DNA from: Cenarchaeum sp.
GTDB taxonomy: Archaea; Thermoproteota; Nitrososphaeria; Nitrososphaerales; Nitrosopumilaceae
Length of the DNA stretch: 64,000 bases
Assembly: GCA_965212015.1 (NCBI GenBank)
Contig: OZ243037.1
Location: 1,248,001 to 1,312,000, forward strand
Direction of reading: 5' to 3'
Shown here in pieces: positions 8,761-18,860 of this stretch; the stretch's first letter is position 1, and every line of letters starts with the position of its first letter. A program made the position numbers and the translations under genes. The notes below the pieces were generated by a model. That model was not told the origin of the DNA. It worked only from the letters and a program-made list of their open reading frames with translations, and ran no database searches.

Positions 8761-10491
8761 ATGGCCGAAGATGAGATAATAAACACCGTCTCAGGCCAGG
8801 TGGGCCAGTTTGAGACGGTCTTTGAGCTTTTGGCCTCGTCGCAGTCCCTGCAGATCGCCTTTGCCATACTGATCGCAGGCATAGTTGCAATCGTGCTGGC
8901 CTACAGGATGCTCTCGAGGTGGACCGCATCGCGCAAGCTGAGCTATATCAGGCCCCATGTTTCAAGGTTCGTAAGGGTCGCCATACTTCCGTTTTTTGCA
9001 ATAGCGCTAATCACCTCCACTAACGCATACATACAGACATTCGAGCTGTTCGATGACGCGTCAGGCGGCTCGGCAAACGAGACCTTTGCCAAGATGCTAA
9101 ACACGATGAACGTGCTGGTAATAGGGTATACGGTGGCGCAGCTTGTCCCCATAATCATGACAAAGCGCGAAAAGACCAGCCTGGAGAGAGATGACTATGA
9201 GATCTGGAAGTCGATGAGGGGGTTTCCGGACGACGAGGGAGATTTCTTTCACAAGCTGTTCAGGTGGATCCCGCCGCAGCATGTTCCGGAGGACATGACA
9301 GACGACGAGTTCCAGAAATACATGGGCACCGACGAGGGCAGGGACTATCTCGAGGAGTTTCGCACCACAAAGGGGATTCCGATCGGAAGCTACGAGAATC
9401 TAGTCGACGAGCCGTTTGAGAAATGGAAGAAAGAAGAGCGCAGGAAATACACGGCGTACTTTGAGAGCTGCGTCTCTGGCGACAACGAGTCGGGAAGAAA
9501 GCTAAAGACGGGACAAAAGACAGAAGAGGTATACCCCATAGATACGTGGAGGGAGGAAAAACGCGTCAGCGGCTACGGTGCAATCGTTGCCGGCGCAAGA
9601 CCGTCCGGATACGCCACAAAAAAGCGAAAGGACGTTCCAAAATCGGTAATGCAGATTATTCCAATCGGCGTCTTTGCGGCAGTGGTTCTCGGGGTGATAA
9701 GCTGGTGGGGCATAGACCTGATAGTCCTTGCAACTGCAACCGGCGGATTTGCAATCGGCATCGGCCTTGCGCTGCAAGAGACGATGCAGAACTGGTTTGC
9801 ATACATTATGATAAGAAAGGACAAGATAGTAGCCGAGGGCGACAGGATCGCCCTAGAGAGCGGCTACAACGGATATGTACACAAGATCACGGCACGGGTG
9901 ACGTACATCCGCCACGGCATGAACGAGTCGTACGCGATAATACCCACGAGGAACCTCATCAACGCCCAGATTATCAACTTTTCAAAGGACTCAAAGCTGG
10001 TGCCGGCAGTAGTCGATGTGGGCGTGTCCTACCTGAACGATCCCAAGCAGGTGGCCTCCATCCTAGTCAAGATCGGAAAGCGGGCAATGTCCGAGATTAC
10101 AGACGAGAAGGGAAGGCACCTGATCAGGCAAAAGAGATGCCCGTATCTGGCAGAGAACAAGGCAAGCTGCGGGTGCGATTCCGGGCTGCACATAGACATC
10201 AGCCAGCCGGTGGTGCGGTTCAACAAGTTCAACGACTCGGCGCTTGACTTTTCGGTGTGGGTCTATGTCAGGGACTATGGCGCACAGTTCAAGGCAAAGA
10301 CGGACATGAGGATGATCATGTACGAGGAGTTCAAAAGGTATGATGTCAGGATTCCATGGCCCATCAGAACCGTCTATCAGGGCGACGAAAAGAGGGAATC
10401 CGAGGAGATTGGAAGGCTTGACGGGGATCGCAACAAGGCAATAGACGAGTTCGGAGTCGGGGACATCTCCAAGGGCGGATCGGAGGAATAG
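8761..10491 (+). CDS. small-conductance mechanosensitive channel (MscS family) with insertions
   Basis: TM segments, GIGLALQETMQNWFA, GDRI, GVSY, PVVRFNKFNDSALDF, IPWP C-terminal motif. Confidence 0.88.
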   Translation: MAEDEIINTVSGQVGQFETVFELLASSQSLQIAFAILIAGIVAIVLAYRMLSRWTASRKLSYIRPHVSRFVRVAILPFFAIALITSTNAYIQTFELFDDASGGSANETFAKMLNTMNVLVIGYTVAQLVPIIMTKREKTSLERDDYEIWKSMRGFPDDEGDFFHKLFRWIPPQHVPEDMTDDEFQKYMGTDEGRDYLEEFRTTKGIPIGSYENLVDEPFEKWKKEERRKYTAYFESCVSGDNESGRKLKTGQKTEEVYPIDTWREEKRVSGYGAIVAGARPSGYATKKRKDVPKSVMQIIPIGVFAAVVLGVISWWGIDLIVLATATGGFAIGIGLALQETMQNWFAYIMIRKDKIVAEGDRIALESGYNGYVHKITARVTYIRHGMNESYAIIPTRNLINAQIINFSKDSKLVPAVVDVGVSYLNDPKQVASILVKIGKRAMSEITDEKGRHLIRQKRCPYLAENKASCGCDSGLHIDISQPVVRFNKFNDSALDFSVWVYVRDYGAQFKAKTDMRMIMYEEFKRYDVRIPWPIRTVYQGDEKRESEEIGRLDGDRNKAIDEFGVGDISKGGSEE

Positions 10492-10542
10492 CCGGTCTCT
10501 TCATTCTCAAAATTTAAGAGCCCCCAGTTTATCAGGGATCCA

Positions 10543-11412
10543 TTGGCACGCACCATAATCACGGGCAATGCGCCGCACCTGGCAAGGGGGGTGGCGAGGA
10601 GGCTCGGGGCAGACCATATAAGATCCAAGCTGCACGTGTTTGCCGACGGCGAGGGCAAGATTACGCTGGAATCAAGGCCGAAGAGGGGCGCCATAATAGT
10701 AATCCAGTCCACCCACCCGCCCGTGGATTCAAACTTGATTCAGGCGCTGCTGCTGATCGGCAAGGCGCGAAAGTTTTCTGCCAACGTCACTGCGGTGATT
10801 CCCTACATGGGGTACGCCCGGCAGGACAAGGAGTTCATACCCGGCGAGATTATAACGCTGGACATAATATCGGGCCTGTTTCGCGCCGCCGGCGCAAAAA
10901 AAATCATTACAATAGACATACACAGTGTGGCAAGCCTCAAAAAGTTCGGAATTACATCAAGGAACATCACTGCCATACCGGAGCTGGCGCGCCGTTTCAA
11001 AAGACTGAACCTGAGAGACCCGCTTGTCGTGTCCCCGGATCTTGGGGGCGCCGGCAGGGCAAAAGAGTTTGCAGAGGTGTACGGGTCAGACCACATTGCC
11101 CTGAAAAAACACAGGGACAAGAGCACGGGGAGGGTCAGGATTATGAATTCCAGCCTGCATGATGTAAAAGGAAGGGACACCATACTGGTAGACGACATGA
11201 TCAGCACCGGCGGGAGCATCATCAAGGCCACCAGGTTTCTAAAGGGGCAAAAATGCAGGCGGGTCTTTGTCGCGTGCACCCACGCCCTGCTAGTCGGCGG
11301 CGCGCAGGCGGAGATCAAAAAGGCAGGAGTCGCGCGGATTGTAAGCGCAAACACCATACCGGGAAGCACAAACGGGGTGGACGTGTCGGGCCTGATTGCA
11401 AAGGCGGTATAA
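10543..11412 (+). CDS. prs: ribose-phosphate pyrophosphokinase
   Basis: FADGE, PYMGYARQDK, VSPDLGG, LVDDMISTGGS. Confidence 0.95.
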   Translation: MARTIITGNAPHLARGVARRLGADHIRSKLHVFADGEGKITLESRPKRGAIIVIQSTHPPVDSNLIQALLLIGKARKFSANVTAVIPYMGYARQDKEFIPGEIITLDIISGLFRAAGAKKIITIDIHSVASLKKFGITSRNITAIPELARRFKRLNLRDPLVVSPDLGGAGRAKEFAEVYGSDHIALKKHRDKSTGRVRIMNSSLHDVKGRDTILVDDMISTGGSIIKATRFLKGQKCRRVFVACTHALLVGGAQAEIKKAGVARIVSANTIPGSTNGVDVSGLIAKAV

Positions 11413-11512
11413 TGTATGTGGGTTTGGTCCGCCGGGAAAAGAATTGGCAGTCAGCACGCAGAAAAACGCGCAATCTATAGGCATAAAAGCTTGACGGGAC
11501 TGTTCTAGTCAA

Positions 11513-12409
11513 ATGAAACTGGTGTTTCTGGGTACATCGGCGGCGCAGCCCACCGGAAAAAGGGGGCTGTCGTGCGTCTGCCTCAGTGTGGAGGGGGAGG
11601 TTCTCATGTTTGATGCAGGCGAGGGGGCGCAGATCTCGTATATGAAATCCGGGCTCGGATGGAACAAAAAGACCAGGATTTTTGTCACGCACATGCACGG
11701 TGATCACTGCATAGGGATTCTGGGCCTGCTGCAGACAATGACGCTGCAAAAAAGAACAAAGGCAGTAGAAATCTATGGCCCCGAGGGAATCGAGGACTTT
11801 GTCGCCGCAAACGCGGGAATACTAAACTTTGGCCTGTCGTTTCCCATAATGGTCACCACCGTGGGCGAGGGGACGGTGCTTGATACTGGAAAATACACGG
11901 TCACGGCGTGCAGTGCGGAGCACTCGATTCGCGCATTCTCCTACTGTTTTATTGAAAAGGACCGGCAGGGCAGGTTCTTTCCCGAAAAGGCAAAAAAGCT
12001 CGGGGTTGCCGAGGGGGGGCTGTGGAACAGGCTCCAGCACGGAGAGGAGGTGCAGGTGGGCGACAGGACCGTCACGCCCTCGCAGGTGCTAGGCGAAAAA
12101 CGCAGGGGCAAAAAGATCGGCATATCTGGCGATACGCGGCCCACGCAGAGACTAGAGGAGTTCTTTGGGCGGTGCGACTGCCTTGTATTTGATTCAACGT
12201 TTTCCGGCGAGTTGGAGGAAAAGGCCAAAAGTACCGGCCATTCGACGTCGTCAGAGGCGGCAACGCTGGCAAAAAACGCGGGCGTAAAAAAGCTGATACT
12301 GACGCATTTTTCGGCAAGGTATGACGACGAGTCCGTCCTGCAGGAGGAGGCACAAAGGATTCACGGCTCGGTGATTGCGGCAAGGGATCTCTTGGAGGTG
12401 GAGGTTTAG
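11513..12409 (+). CDS. rnz: ribonuclease Z
   Basis: [40 protein letters not shown]. Confidence 0.95.
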   Translation: MKLVFLGTSAAQPTGKRGLSCVCLSVEGEVLMFDAGEGAQISYMKSGLGWNKKTRIFVTHMHGDHCIGILGLLQTMTLQKRTKAVEIYGPEGIEDFVAANAGILNFGLSFPIMVTTVGEGTVLDTGKYTVTACSAEHSIRAFSYCFIEKDRQGRFFPEKAKKLGVAEGGLWNRLQHGEEVQVGDRTVTPSQVLGEKRRGKKIGISGDTRPTQRLEEFFGRCDCLVFDSTFSGELEEKAKSTGHSTSSEAATLAKNAGVKKLILTHFSARYDDESVLQEEAQRIHGSVIAARDLLEVEV

Positions 12410-13132
12410 ATGCTCAAGGATGCCATCAGGGCGCTGTTGAATTCAAAAAAAATCGTGTTTGTCACCGGCGCGGGGATTTCCCAGGAGAGCGGAATTCCGA
12501 CATTCAGGGGAAAGGACGGGCTTTGGAGAAGGCATGATCCCATGAAGCTGGCCACGATTGACGCCTTTAACGAGGATCCGGCGCTTGTCTGGGAGTGGTA
12601 CGAGGACCGGCGGAGGGCCGTCTGCTCTGCAGTACCCAATCCCGGACACGCGGCAATCGCTGAGCTCGAGGAGTTTTATTCCGTGTCCGTGCTGACGCAA
12701 AACATAGACGAGCTGCACCAGAGGGCGGGAAGCTCCAGCGTCCTGGAGCTGCACGGCAGCATAGTCCGGACAAAGTGCACCGCCTGTGATTTTCACGGCA
12801 GGGCCGAAAGCTTTGCAGAGCTGCCTCCTGCGTGCGAGTGCGGCGGCATCTTGCGCCCCGACGTGGTATGGTTCGGAGAACCGCTCTGCCAGGAGGTCTG
12901 GAACGGGGCGGCGCGCGAGGCAGAGATGTGCGACATGATGATCATCGCCGGAACGTCGCTCAAGGTGTCGCCGGCAAACAGGCTGCCGGAGCTTGCCAGG
13001 CAGAACGGCGCGTTTCTGGCAGAGATAAATCCAGAAAAGACGGAAATGACCGGCGACATGGACGTCTCTATCAGGGATACGTCATCACGCGTGCTTCCAA
13101 GACTGGTAGAGGCCGCAAAGTCAAATGGCTAG
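12410..13132 (+). CDS. cobB: NAD-dependent protein deacylase (Sir2/CobB)
   Basis: TGAGISQESGIPTFRG, TQNID, LHGS, Zn-site cysteines, RPDVVWFGE, GTSLKV. Confidence 0.93.
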   Translation: MLKDAIRALLNSKKIVFVTGAGISQESGIPTFRGKDGLWRRHDPMKLATIDAFNEDPALVWEWYEDRRRAVCSAVPNPGHAAIAELEEFYSVSVLTQNIDELHQRAGSSSVLELHGSIVRTKCTACDFHGRAESFAELPPACECGGILRPDVVWFGEPLCQEVWNGAAREAEMCDMMIIAGTSLKVSPANRLPELARQNGAFLAEINPEKTEMTGDMDVSIRDTSSRVLPRLVEAAKSNG

Positions 13133-13154
13133 ATTTCGGTTACATACAGCGGTA

Positions 13155-13391
13155 TCATCGCAGGAGGTTGCCTGATGACTCTTTGATGCCGTCTAGCTGG
13201 CTGTTTGCCAGATCAATTGAGCTGTCAAGGCCTTTTTCCACCTGTACTAGCGCGTCGCTTGCAATGTCGCCGGCCTGGTCTTTTATCGAGTCAAAGATTG
13301 GCGGTATGTCCAGGGAAACATCCAGAGTCTGGGGCAGGAACATGAATGCGCCCACTGCAAAGATGCCGCAGATGATTGCTAATTTTATCAT
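13155..13391 (-). CDS. small membrane-anchored hypothetical protein
   Basis: MIKLAIICGIFAVGAFMF hydrophobic N-terminus followed by an amphipathic acidic helix. Confidence 0.55.
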   Translation of the reverse strand: MIKLAIICGIFAVGAFMFLPQTLDVSLDIPPIFDSIKDQAGDIASDALVQVEKGLDSSIDLANSQLDGIKESSGNLLR

Positions 13392-13451
13392 CGTGTTTGA
13401 ATGATAAAGTCGTTTTTTCACGACAGGGATGAAAAGTTTAACGCAATCGAC

Positions 13452-13859
13452 TCAATTTTTGTTGATCGCACTGCCGGTCAGCCATTCTATGACCCGTTCG
13501 ATCCGGTCGGATTCGAGCACAATCCTGATTGGGCCCAGCGGGGATTCGTCGGCGTGGTCGCACAGGGCCACATTGTTTGCAAAGGCGGCCTGCTTGTTGA
13601 GAAAAAACCACGTAGAGCCGCCGTCCGTGTTGTTTTTCAAATGCCGGAGATACGCCCGCTGGCTTTGCCTGGAATGCATCGTCTCGTATATCCTCCAAAG
13701 CGAGTCCAGATCGGCCGTTGCCAGGGCGGTGCTTTTTCCAACCCTTATCTCCGAGTCGGGAAATACATTCGAGATGGCCTGGCGAATCTTTTCTGGATCC
13801 TCGGAGGGATGAACGTCGCAGTGTGCGCTGACCTTACAGCCGATGTTCGGGATTTTCAT
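13452..13859 (-). CDS. UPF0201/DUF54 RNA-binding protein
   Basis: PSEDPEKIRQAISN, LNKQAA, ESPLGPI motifs; usual neighbour of UPF0200. Confidence 0.85.
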   Translation of the reverse strand: MKIPNIGCKVSAHCDVHPSEDPEKIRQAISNVFPDSEIRVGKSTALATADLDSLWRIYETMHSRQSQRAYLRHLKNNTDGGSTWFFLNKQAAFANNVALCDHADESPLGPIRIVLESDRIERVIEWLTGSAINKN

Positions 13860-14407
13860 CAGCTCTCCCAGCGTTGAATGATGGAGGCGGTCCTGTCAAC
13901 TAGCTCCTGTACCGTCATATTGTTGTTTGATATTGATTCGTCGGCAAGTGCGATAGAGGCGCTTATCCCGACTCCCAGCTCCCTCGAGTCCCTCTTGTCA
14001 AAGTTTTCCTTGTCGCGCGGATCGTCCGGCCTTGCCCTTTTGGCTAAAAAGTCGTATCTGGTATCCGTCGAGGCGTGGATGGAGATTATCTTGACGTCGC
14101 ATATTTTTTTGAGGGACTGGATTTCCTCGTTTGAGCGTATGCCGTCCACTATTATCACGTCCGAGTCCGAGTCGTCTATCTGCGGCCTGGCAAGCTGCAC
14201 TACCGCATCCGGGCCGTTTTGGCGGCGCAGCTCAAGCATTAGCCTGCCCAGGTTGCCGCCGGTGGGCTCTAGGTTTCTTCTTTTGGCCTCCCGCCTCACT
14301 GCGTCGCCCAGGTTAACTATCTTGTAGCCTTTTGATTTCAGGCCGTTGGCAATTGTGGATTTTCCCGCCCCGGGCATCCCCGTAAGACAGACGATCAATC
14401 CGGCCAT
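13859..14407 (-). CDS. P-loop kinase, UPF0200/dephospho-CoA-kinase-like
   Basis: GMPGAGKS Walker A, VDGIRS, RDSRELGVG. Confidence 0.85.
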   Translation of the reverse strand: MAGLIVCLTGMPGAGKSTIANGLKSKGYKIVNLGDAVRREAKRRNLEPTGGNLGRLMLELRRQNGPDAVVQLARPQIDDSDSDVIIVDGIRSNEEIQSLKKICDVKIISIHASTDTRYDFLAKRARPDDPRDKENFDKRDSRELGVGISASIALADESISNNNMTVQELVDRTASIIQRWES

Positions 14408-14480
14408 ACGGTTGGCTTGAACCGGTCTTTGCTATGAAGATATCGGAAATAATTATAAGGAAAACAGGACAAAAATCCCA

Positions 14481-15020
14481 ATGCGGGCTTTTGTGGCAGT
14501 CGAGATTACAGACGTGGGGCTGGTAAAAAAAATCTCAGAGCTTCAGGCCGGGCTGAAAATCAAGGCAAGGCCGGTCAGTCCGGCAAACATGCACTTTACG
14601 CTCCAGTTTCTGGGAGACGTTGCAGAGACGGCCATTACAGGCATACAGGCGGCCCTCAGATGCGTCAGCTTTGAGCCGTTCGCGCTGCGCCTTTCTGGAA
14701 TAGGCGCCTTTCCTGGCACAAAGTCGCCCCGGGTCGTATGGGTCGGAGTCGATAGCGCCGGCAGAGACAGGCTTTCAGGGCTGGCAGGAACGGTCAGAGA
14801 CGCGCTGTCGCAGTCGGGATTTGGCCGCGACGGGCAGTTTAGGCCCCATGTCACAATCTTTAGGATTAAAAACAAGGCGGACATAACCAGGGACTTGGAG
14901 GAATTTCAAAATGTCGAGCTTGGCTGCCAGAGGGTGTCCCGAATCAAGCTAAAAAAGAGCGTCCTGACACCGGACGGCCCGGTCTATTCGGATCTGCTGG
15001 AGGTGGCCGCCAAACAATGA
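14481..15020 (+). CDS. thpR: RNA 2',3'-cyclic phosphodiesterase (2H family)
   Basis: MRAFVAV start; two HxT motifs (HFTLQFLG, PHVTI); SVLTPDGPVY. Confidence 0.93.
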   Translation: MRAFVAVEITDVGLVKKISELQAGLKIKARPVSPANMHFTLQFLGDVAETAITGIQAALRCVSFEPFALRLSGIGAFPGTKSPRVVWVGVDSAGRDRLSGLAGTVRDALSQSGFGRDGQFRPHVTIFRIKNKADITRDLEEFQNVELGCQRVSRIKLKKSVLTPDGPVYSDLLEVAAKQ

Positions 15021-16347
15021 AGGCCGTACTGGCAGAGGCGCGAAAAATCGTGACGCCGACTTCGCGCGCAGAGCGCGAAAAAAACGCGATCGCCGGCGAG
15101 GCGTTCAGGCTGATTGACGGGGAGGCCTCAAGGTATCCCGAGATAAGGGGAGTAGAGTTTGGCGGGTCGTATCCCAAGGGAACGTGGCTGCCCGAAAAGG
15201 CGGACGTGGACGTATTCATAAAGTTCGACGCATCCACGTCGAGAAAAAAGTTCACCGAGATAACAAAAAAGATCGGCTTTACATCGCTGAAAAAATACGG
15301 GCCGTACGTGAGATTTTCAGAGCACCCGTACGTGGAGGCCGACATGAGGGGGACAAAGGTCAACGTCGTTCCGTGCTATCTGGTGCAGATGGGAAGCTGG
15401 AAGAGCTCCACTGACAGGACGCAGTTTCACACAAAGTTCATGCTGGAGAACCTGTCAGGCCCCATGAAGGGCAGCGTGAGGCTGCTAAAGCGGTTTTGAT
15501 AAACAACGGGATTTACGGCGCAGAGATATCGCAGCAGGGCTTTAGCGGGTACATAACTGAGGTTCTGGTGTGGAACTTTGGAAGCTTTGAGGGCGTGATG
15601 CGGGCCATCGCGCAGACAGAGACGCAGCAGGTAATCGGCAAGTCGACAAAAGAGTTTGACACGGCAATCACCGTCATGGATCCGGTAGACTCGCAGAGGA
15701 ACCTGGCCGCCGCAGTCTCAAGCGAGAACGTGGGAAGGTTCGTGCTCTTGTGCAGGAGCTTTCTCAAAAATCCCTCCGTCTCGTACTTTACCCGGCAAAA
15801 AAAGAGGGCCAGCCGCGTCCTGCTCAAAAACTGCATCGCCGTAGAGTTCGAATACGGCCACAGGAGTCCGGACATAATCTGGGGCCAGCTAAAGCGCGCC
15901 ACAAGCACGATCTCGACGCAGCTGGGAATGGCAGGCTTTAAGGTCATAAGATCCAGGGCGTATACTGACGAGAGGAAAAAGGCGGGCCTCTATTTTCTGC
16001 TGGAATCCACAGAGGTATCTGGATACCACATCAATACGGGACCCGAGTTTTTCAGCAGGCACGACTCGAGCCGGTTCGTCTCGCAGAACGCAAAAAAGTC
16101 GCTTTCGATGTGGGTCGCCGGCGACGGGAGGATACTTTCGCTTGAAAAACGCGAGGGCAGCGCAAAAAAGTTCCTCGCTGATCTATTAAGGAATAGGCTG
16201 GCAAGATCGGGGATTCCCAGCGGCATAAAATCCGACATTAGACAGGGATGCAGGATATCGATGCCGGGCAATACGGCCGGCAAATCAGTTAAAGCACCGC
16301 TTTTGGAGCTAGTCTCTACTGATGCGACGATATTTCCAGCCAATTAG
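15017..16347 (+). pseudogene. cca: archaeal CCA-adding enzyme interrupted by a 1-nt frameshift (ORFs 15017..15499 and 15496..16347)
   Basis: N-part has GGSYPKGTWL, DVDVF, SEHPY, VVPCY, DRTQFHT. C-part has GIYGAE, GFSGY, DPVDSQRNLAAA. One extra T in the T4 run at 15494-15497 restores RLLKRFL-INNGIYGAE. It may be a sequencing error rather than a true pseudogene. Confidence 0.85.
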
Positions 16348-17074
16348 CGTTTTTGGTGCAGAGCCGTACTCTAGAATACTGGCATATCCCCGGCCTTCAA
16401 AAGGACGGATATCATCAAGGCTCAAGGAGCTAGAAAAGCTCGGAATCACCAGGGTCTCTTTTTGGGGCGGCACCAGGATAGAGAACCTCAACATACTGGG
16501 AAAGGGATACGCCGGGGTGGTGGTGCTAGCCAAGAAAAACGCCAGGGTCGTGGCCCTAAAGATTCGCCGAATCGACTCGCAACGGGAATGCATGAAGGAC
16601 GAGGCCCGGCTGCTGCACCTGGCAAACAAGGCAGGCGTGGGGCCAAAGCTGATCGCATCAAGCCGGAATTTTCTGGTAATGGAGTATCTCAGCGGCGAGA
16701 AGATAGGGGAGTGGATTGCAGGCGCAAAGGGCGGCGCAGGCGAGATAAAATGTATAGTAAGGGCCGTGCTTGAGGACTGCTTTAGGCTGGATGAGAGCGG
16801 CCTTGATCACGGCGAGCTGAACAGCATGGCAAAACACGCCATCGTGGGGACAAGGACTACCATCGTTGATTTTGAGAGCGCAAGCACCAAAAGACGCGTC
16901 TCAAACGTGACTTCGGCCACGCAGGGAATTTTCATCGGCTCGGGCATCTCAAAAAAGATCAACAGGACCCACAGGCTGCCAAAAAAAGACAGGCTGATCT
17001 CGGCGCTGAGGGCATACAAAAAGGAACAAAACAGGGAGAGCTTTGAGGGCATTCTCAAGGTGCTGAGGATCTAA
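16322..17074 (+). CDS. Ser/Thr protein kinase, RIO/COG2112-like
   Basis: LGKGYAGVV glycine loop, ALK, HGEL, IVDFESAS. Confidence 0.85.
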   Translation: MRRYFQPISVFGAEPYSRILAYPRPSKGRISSRLKELEKLGITRVSFWGGTRIENLNILGKGYAGVVVLAKKNARVVALKIRRIDSQRECMKDEARLLHLANKAGVGPKLIASSRNFLVMEYLSGEKIGEWIAGAKGGAGEIKCIVRAVLEDCFRLDESGLDHGELNSMAKHAIVGTRTTIVDFESASTKRRVSNVTSATQGIFIGSGISKKINRTHRLPKKDRLISALRAYKKEQNRESFEGILKVLRI

Positions 17075-17075
17075 G

Positions 17076-17681
17076 ATGACCATACAGGACGCAATCACGC
17101 ACCTCAGCCGGGACCGCAGGCTTGCGGCGGTAATCAGGAGGGTGGGGGACTGCAGGATACGGGTGACCAGAAACAAGTACGAGTCGCTAGTCGGGGCGAT
17201 AATCACGCAGCAGCTGTCGGGGTCTGCCGCAAGATCAATCAAGACAAAGTTTGCTGCCCTTTACGCGTCAAGGTTCCCAAAGCCCGCCGACGTGGTAAGA
17301 ACATCGGATGCAAAACTGAGAAAGACCGGGCTCTCAAAGATGAAGGTGGCGTACATCAAGGACATTTCAGGGAGGATCGAGTCCGGCGAGCTCAAACTGC
17401 AAAGGCTGCAAAAGCTCTCCGATGAGGAGGTCATAGAGGAGCTGACAAGGATTCGCGGGATAGGAAGGTGGACTGCAGAGATGTTTTTGATTTTCACCCT
17501 GCGGAGGATGGATGTCCTGCCGGTGGGCGATCTGGGGTTAAAAAAAGGCGTCAAAAAACTGCGCCGGATGGAAGAAATGCCGTCTGAGGATCATATAAGA
17601 AAGGTCGCAGAGAGGTGGAGGCCGTACAGGACCGTGGCTACGTGGTACCTGTGGAGGAGTCTGGAGCCTGATTCGGCATAG
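17076..17681 (+). CDS. alkA: DNA-3-methyladenine glycosylase II (HhH-GPD)
   Basis: QQLS, IRGIGRWTAEM helix-hairpin-helix, LPVGDLG, WRPYRT. Confidence 0.9.
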   Translation: MTIQDAITHLSRDRRLAAVIRRVGDCRIRVTRNKYESLVGAIITQQLSGSAARSIKTKFAALYASRFPKPADVVRTSDAKLRKTGLSKMKVAYIKDISGRIESGELKLQRLQKLSDEEVIEELTRIRGIGRWTAEMFLIFTLRRMDVLPVGDLGLKKGVKKLRRMEEMPSEDHIRKVAERWRPYRTVATWYLWRSLEPDSA

Positions 17682-17702
17682 ATGCGAAGCGGCCGTACAA
17701 AA

Positions 17703-18182
17703 TCACTGCAGCCCGAGCATTGCCCTCATGGCGTCGTGTTCTGCCTTGTCGCGGCGGTAAAACTCGTATATCTGCGAGAGTACGTCATAGCAGTGAAGCC
17801 TCAGTCTGAGCTGGTTTACCCTGTTTAGCTTGCGGCCGTGCCTTATGTCGTTTCTCAGGGAGAGCAGCATGTGCATTTTGTACCGGAATATGGTCTCGTC
17901 CCGAAAGACGCACTCGAAATAATTCTTCCAATTGTCCCTTTTCAGTATTATCTTTTCATAGCTGTCAAAGTTGAGATACTCGGTTATTTCATAATCCTGC
18001 TTGTTTAGCACGTCGTCGATCTTTTTTGCCCTCTGGTATCTGGCGTCGGTGTCGGCCCTTATCTCCTGCGGGATGCACGCCTCCCACCAGTTATCGGCAG
18101 CAGAAAGGCTTTGCACCATGTAATCCCGTACGGTCTTTTCAAAAAAATCCAGCGTCTGCGAATCGCCTAGTATTTCCACCAT
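17703..18182 (-). CDS. Swt1-like HEPN domain protein
   Basis: WW..., YLNF, NWKNYF..VF and the RxxxxH motif (RNDIRH). Confidence 0.7.
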   Translation of the reverse strand: MVEILGDSQTLDFFEKTVRDYMVQSLSAADNWWEACIPQEIRADTDARYQRAKKIDDVLNKQDYEITEYLNFDSYEKIILKRDNWKNYFECVFRDETIFRYKMHMLLSLRNDIRHGRKLNRVNQLRLRLHCYDVLSQIYEFYRRDKAEHDAMRAMLGLQ

Positions 18183-18254
18183 GGCGTATTTGCCCGTGAT
18201 TTTTTAAAAATATATCGGCGCGTGCCTGACTTGGGCGTCCTGTGTGCCACGGAT

Positions 18255-18860
18255 TCAGGCAGTGCCTGCGCCGCCTTTGAGTTTTTTGACCAGCTGTTCT
18301 TCCGTAAAAAGATACTCGAATCTGCCCGCGCGTTCAATGTTTTTGTAATTCTCCTCGGTGCCGCGAAAGATTACAGATATGAGGCACCTGCATTGGTGCC
18401 CCTCGTCTTTGAGTGCGTTCATTGCCTTTATCGCAGAGTTTCCGCTGGTAATCACGTCGTCCACTATTACGGCGGGGGATTCCGGATTTCCCTCGATCCG
18501 TTTTGCCGAACCGTGCTTTTTTGCCTCCTTTCTCACATAAAACGAGCCCAGCAACGGGTTTTCGGGATCTTTTTTGTGCTCCAAAAAGCTCAGCTGCGAG
18601 ACTGCAGATGCAATGGGGATGGAGCCGGATTCCAGGCCGCCTACTGCCTTTATGCCCCCGATTTGCTTGATCATGTGATAGAAAATTTCTGCCACTGCGT
18701 TTATGCCCTCGGGGTGTCCGTTGAGTTTTCTTAGATCAAAATAATACGGGCTGGACACTCCGGATGCAAGCCTGAAGGGCTTTTCTGGGGAATGGCAAAA
18801 CGCCTGCGTCTCTGCGATTAGCTCCTCTAGTCTCTTGTATTCAGATGACTGCCCTGCCAC
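18255..18860 (-). CDS. pyrE: orotate phosphoribosyltransferase-like PRTase
   Basis: FRLASG.SPYYFD, GGLESG, VRKEAKKHG loop, IVDDVITSG PRPP motif. Start uncertain (GTG 18860 or 18872). Confidence 0.8.
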   Translation of the reverse strand: MAGQSSEYKRLEELIAETQAFCHSPEKPFRLASGVSSPYYFDLRKLNGHPEGINAVAEIFYHMIKQIGGIKAVGGLESGSIPIASAVSQLSFLEHKKDPENPLLGSFYVRKEAKKHGSAKRIEGNPESPAVIVDDVITSGNSAIKAMNALKDEGHQCRCLISVIFRGTEENYKNIERAGRFEYLFTEEQLVKKLKGGAGTA

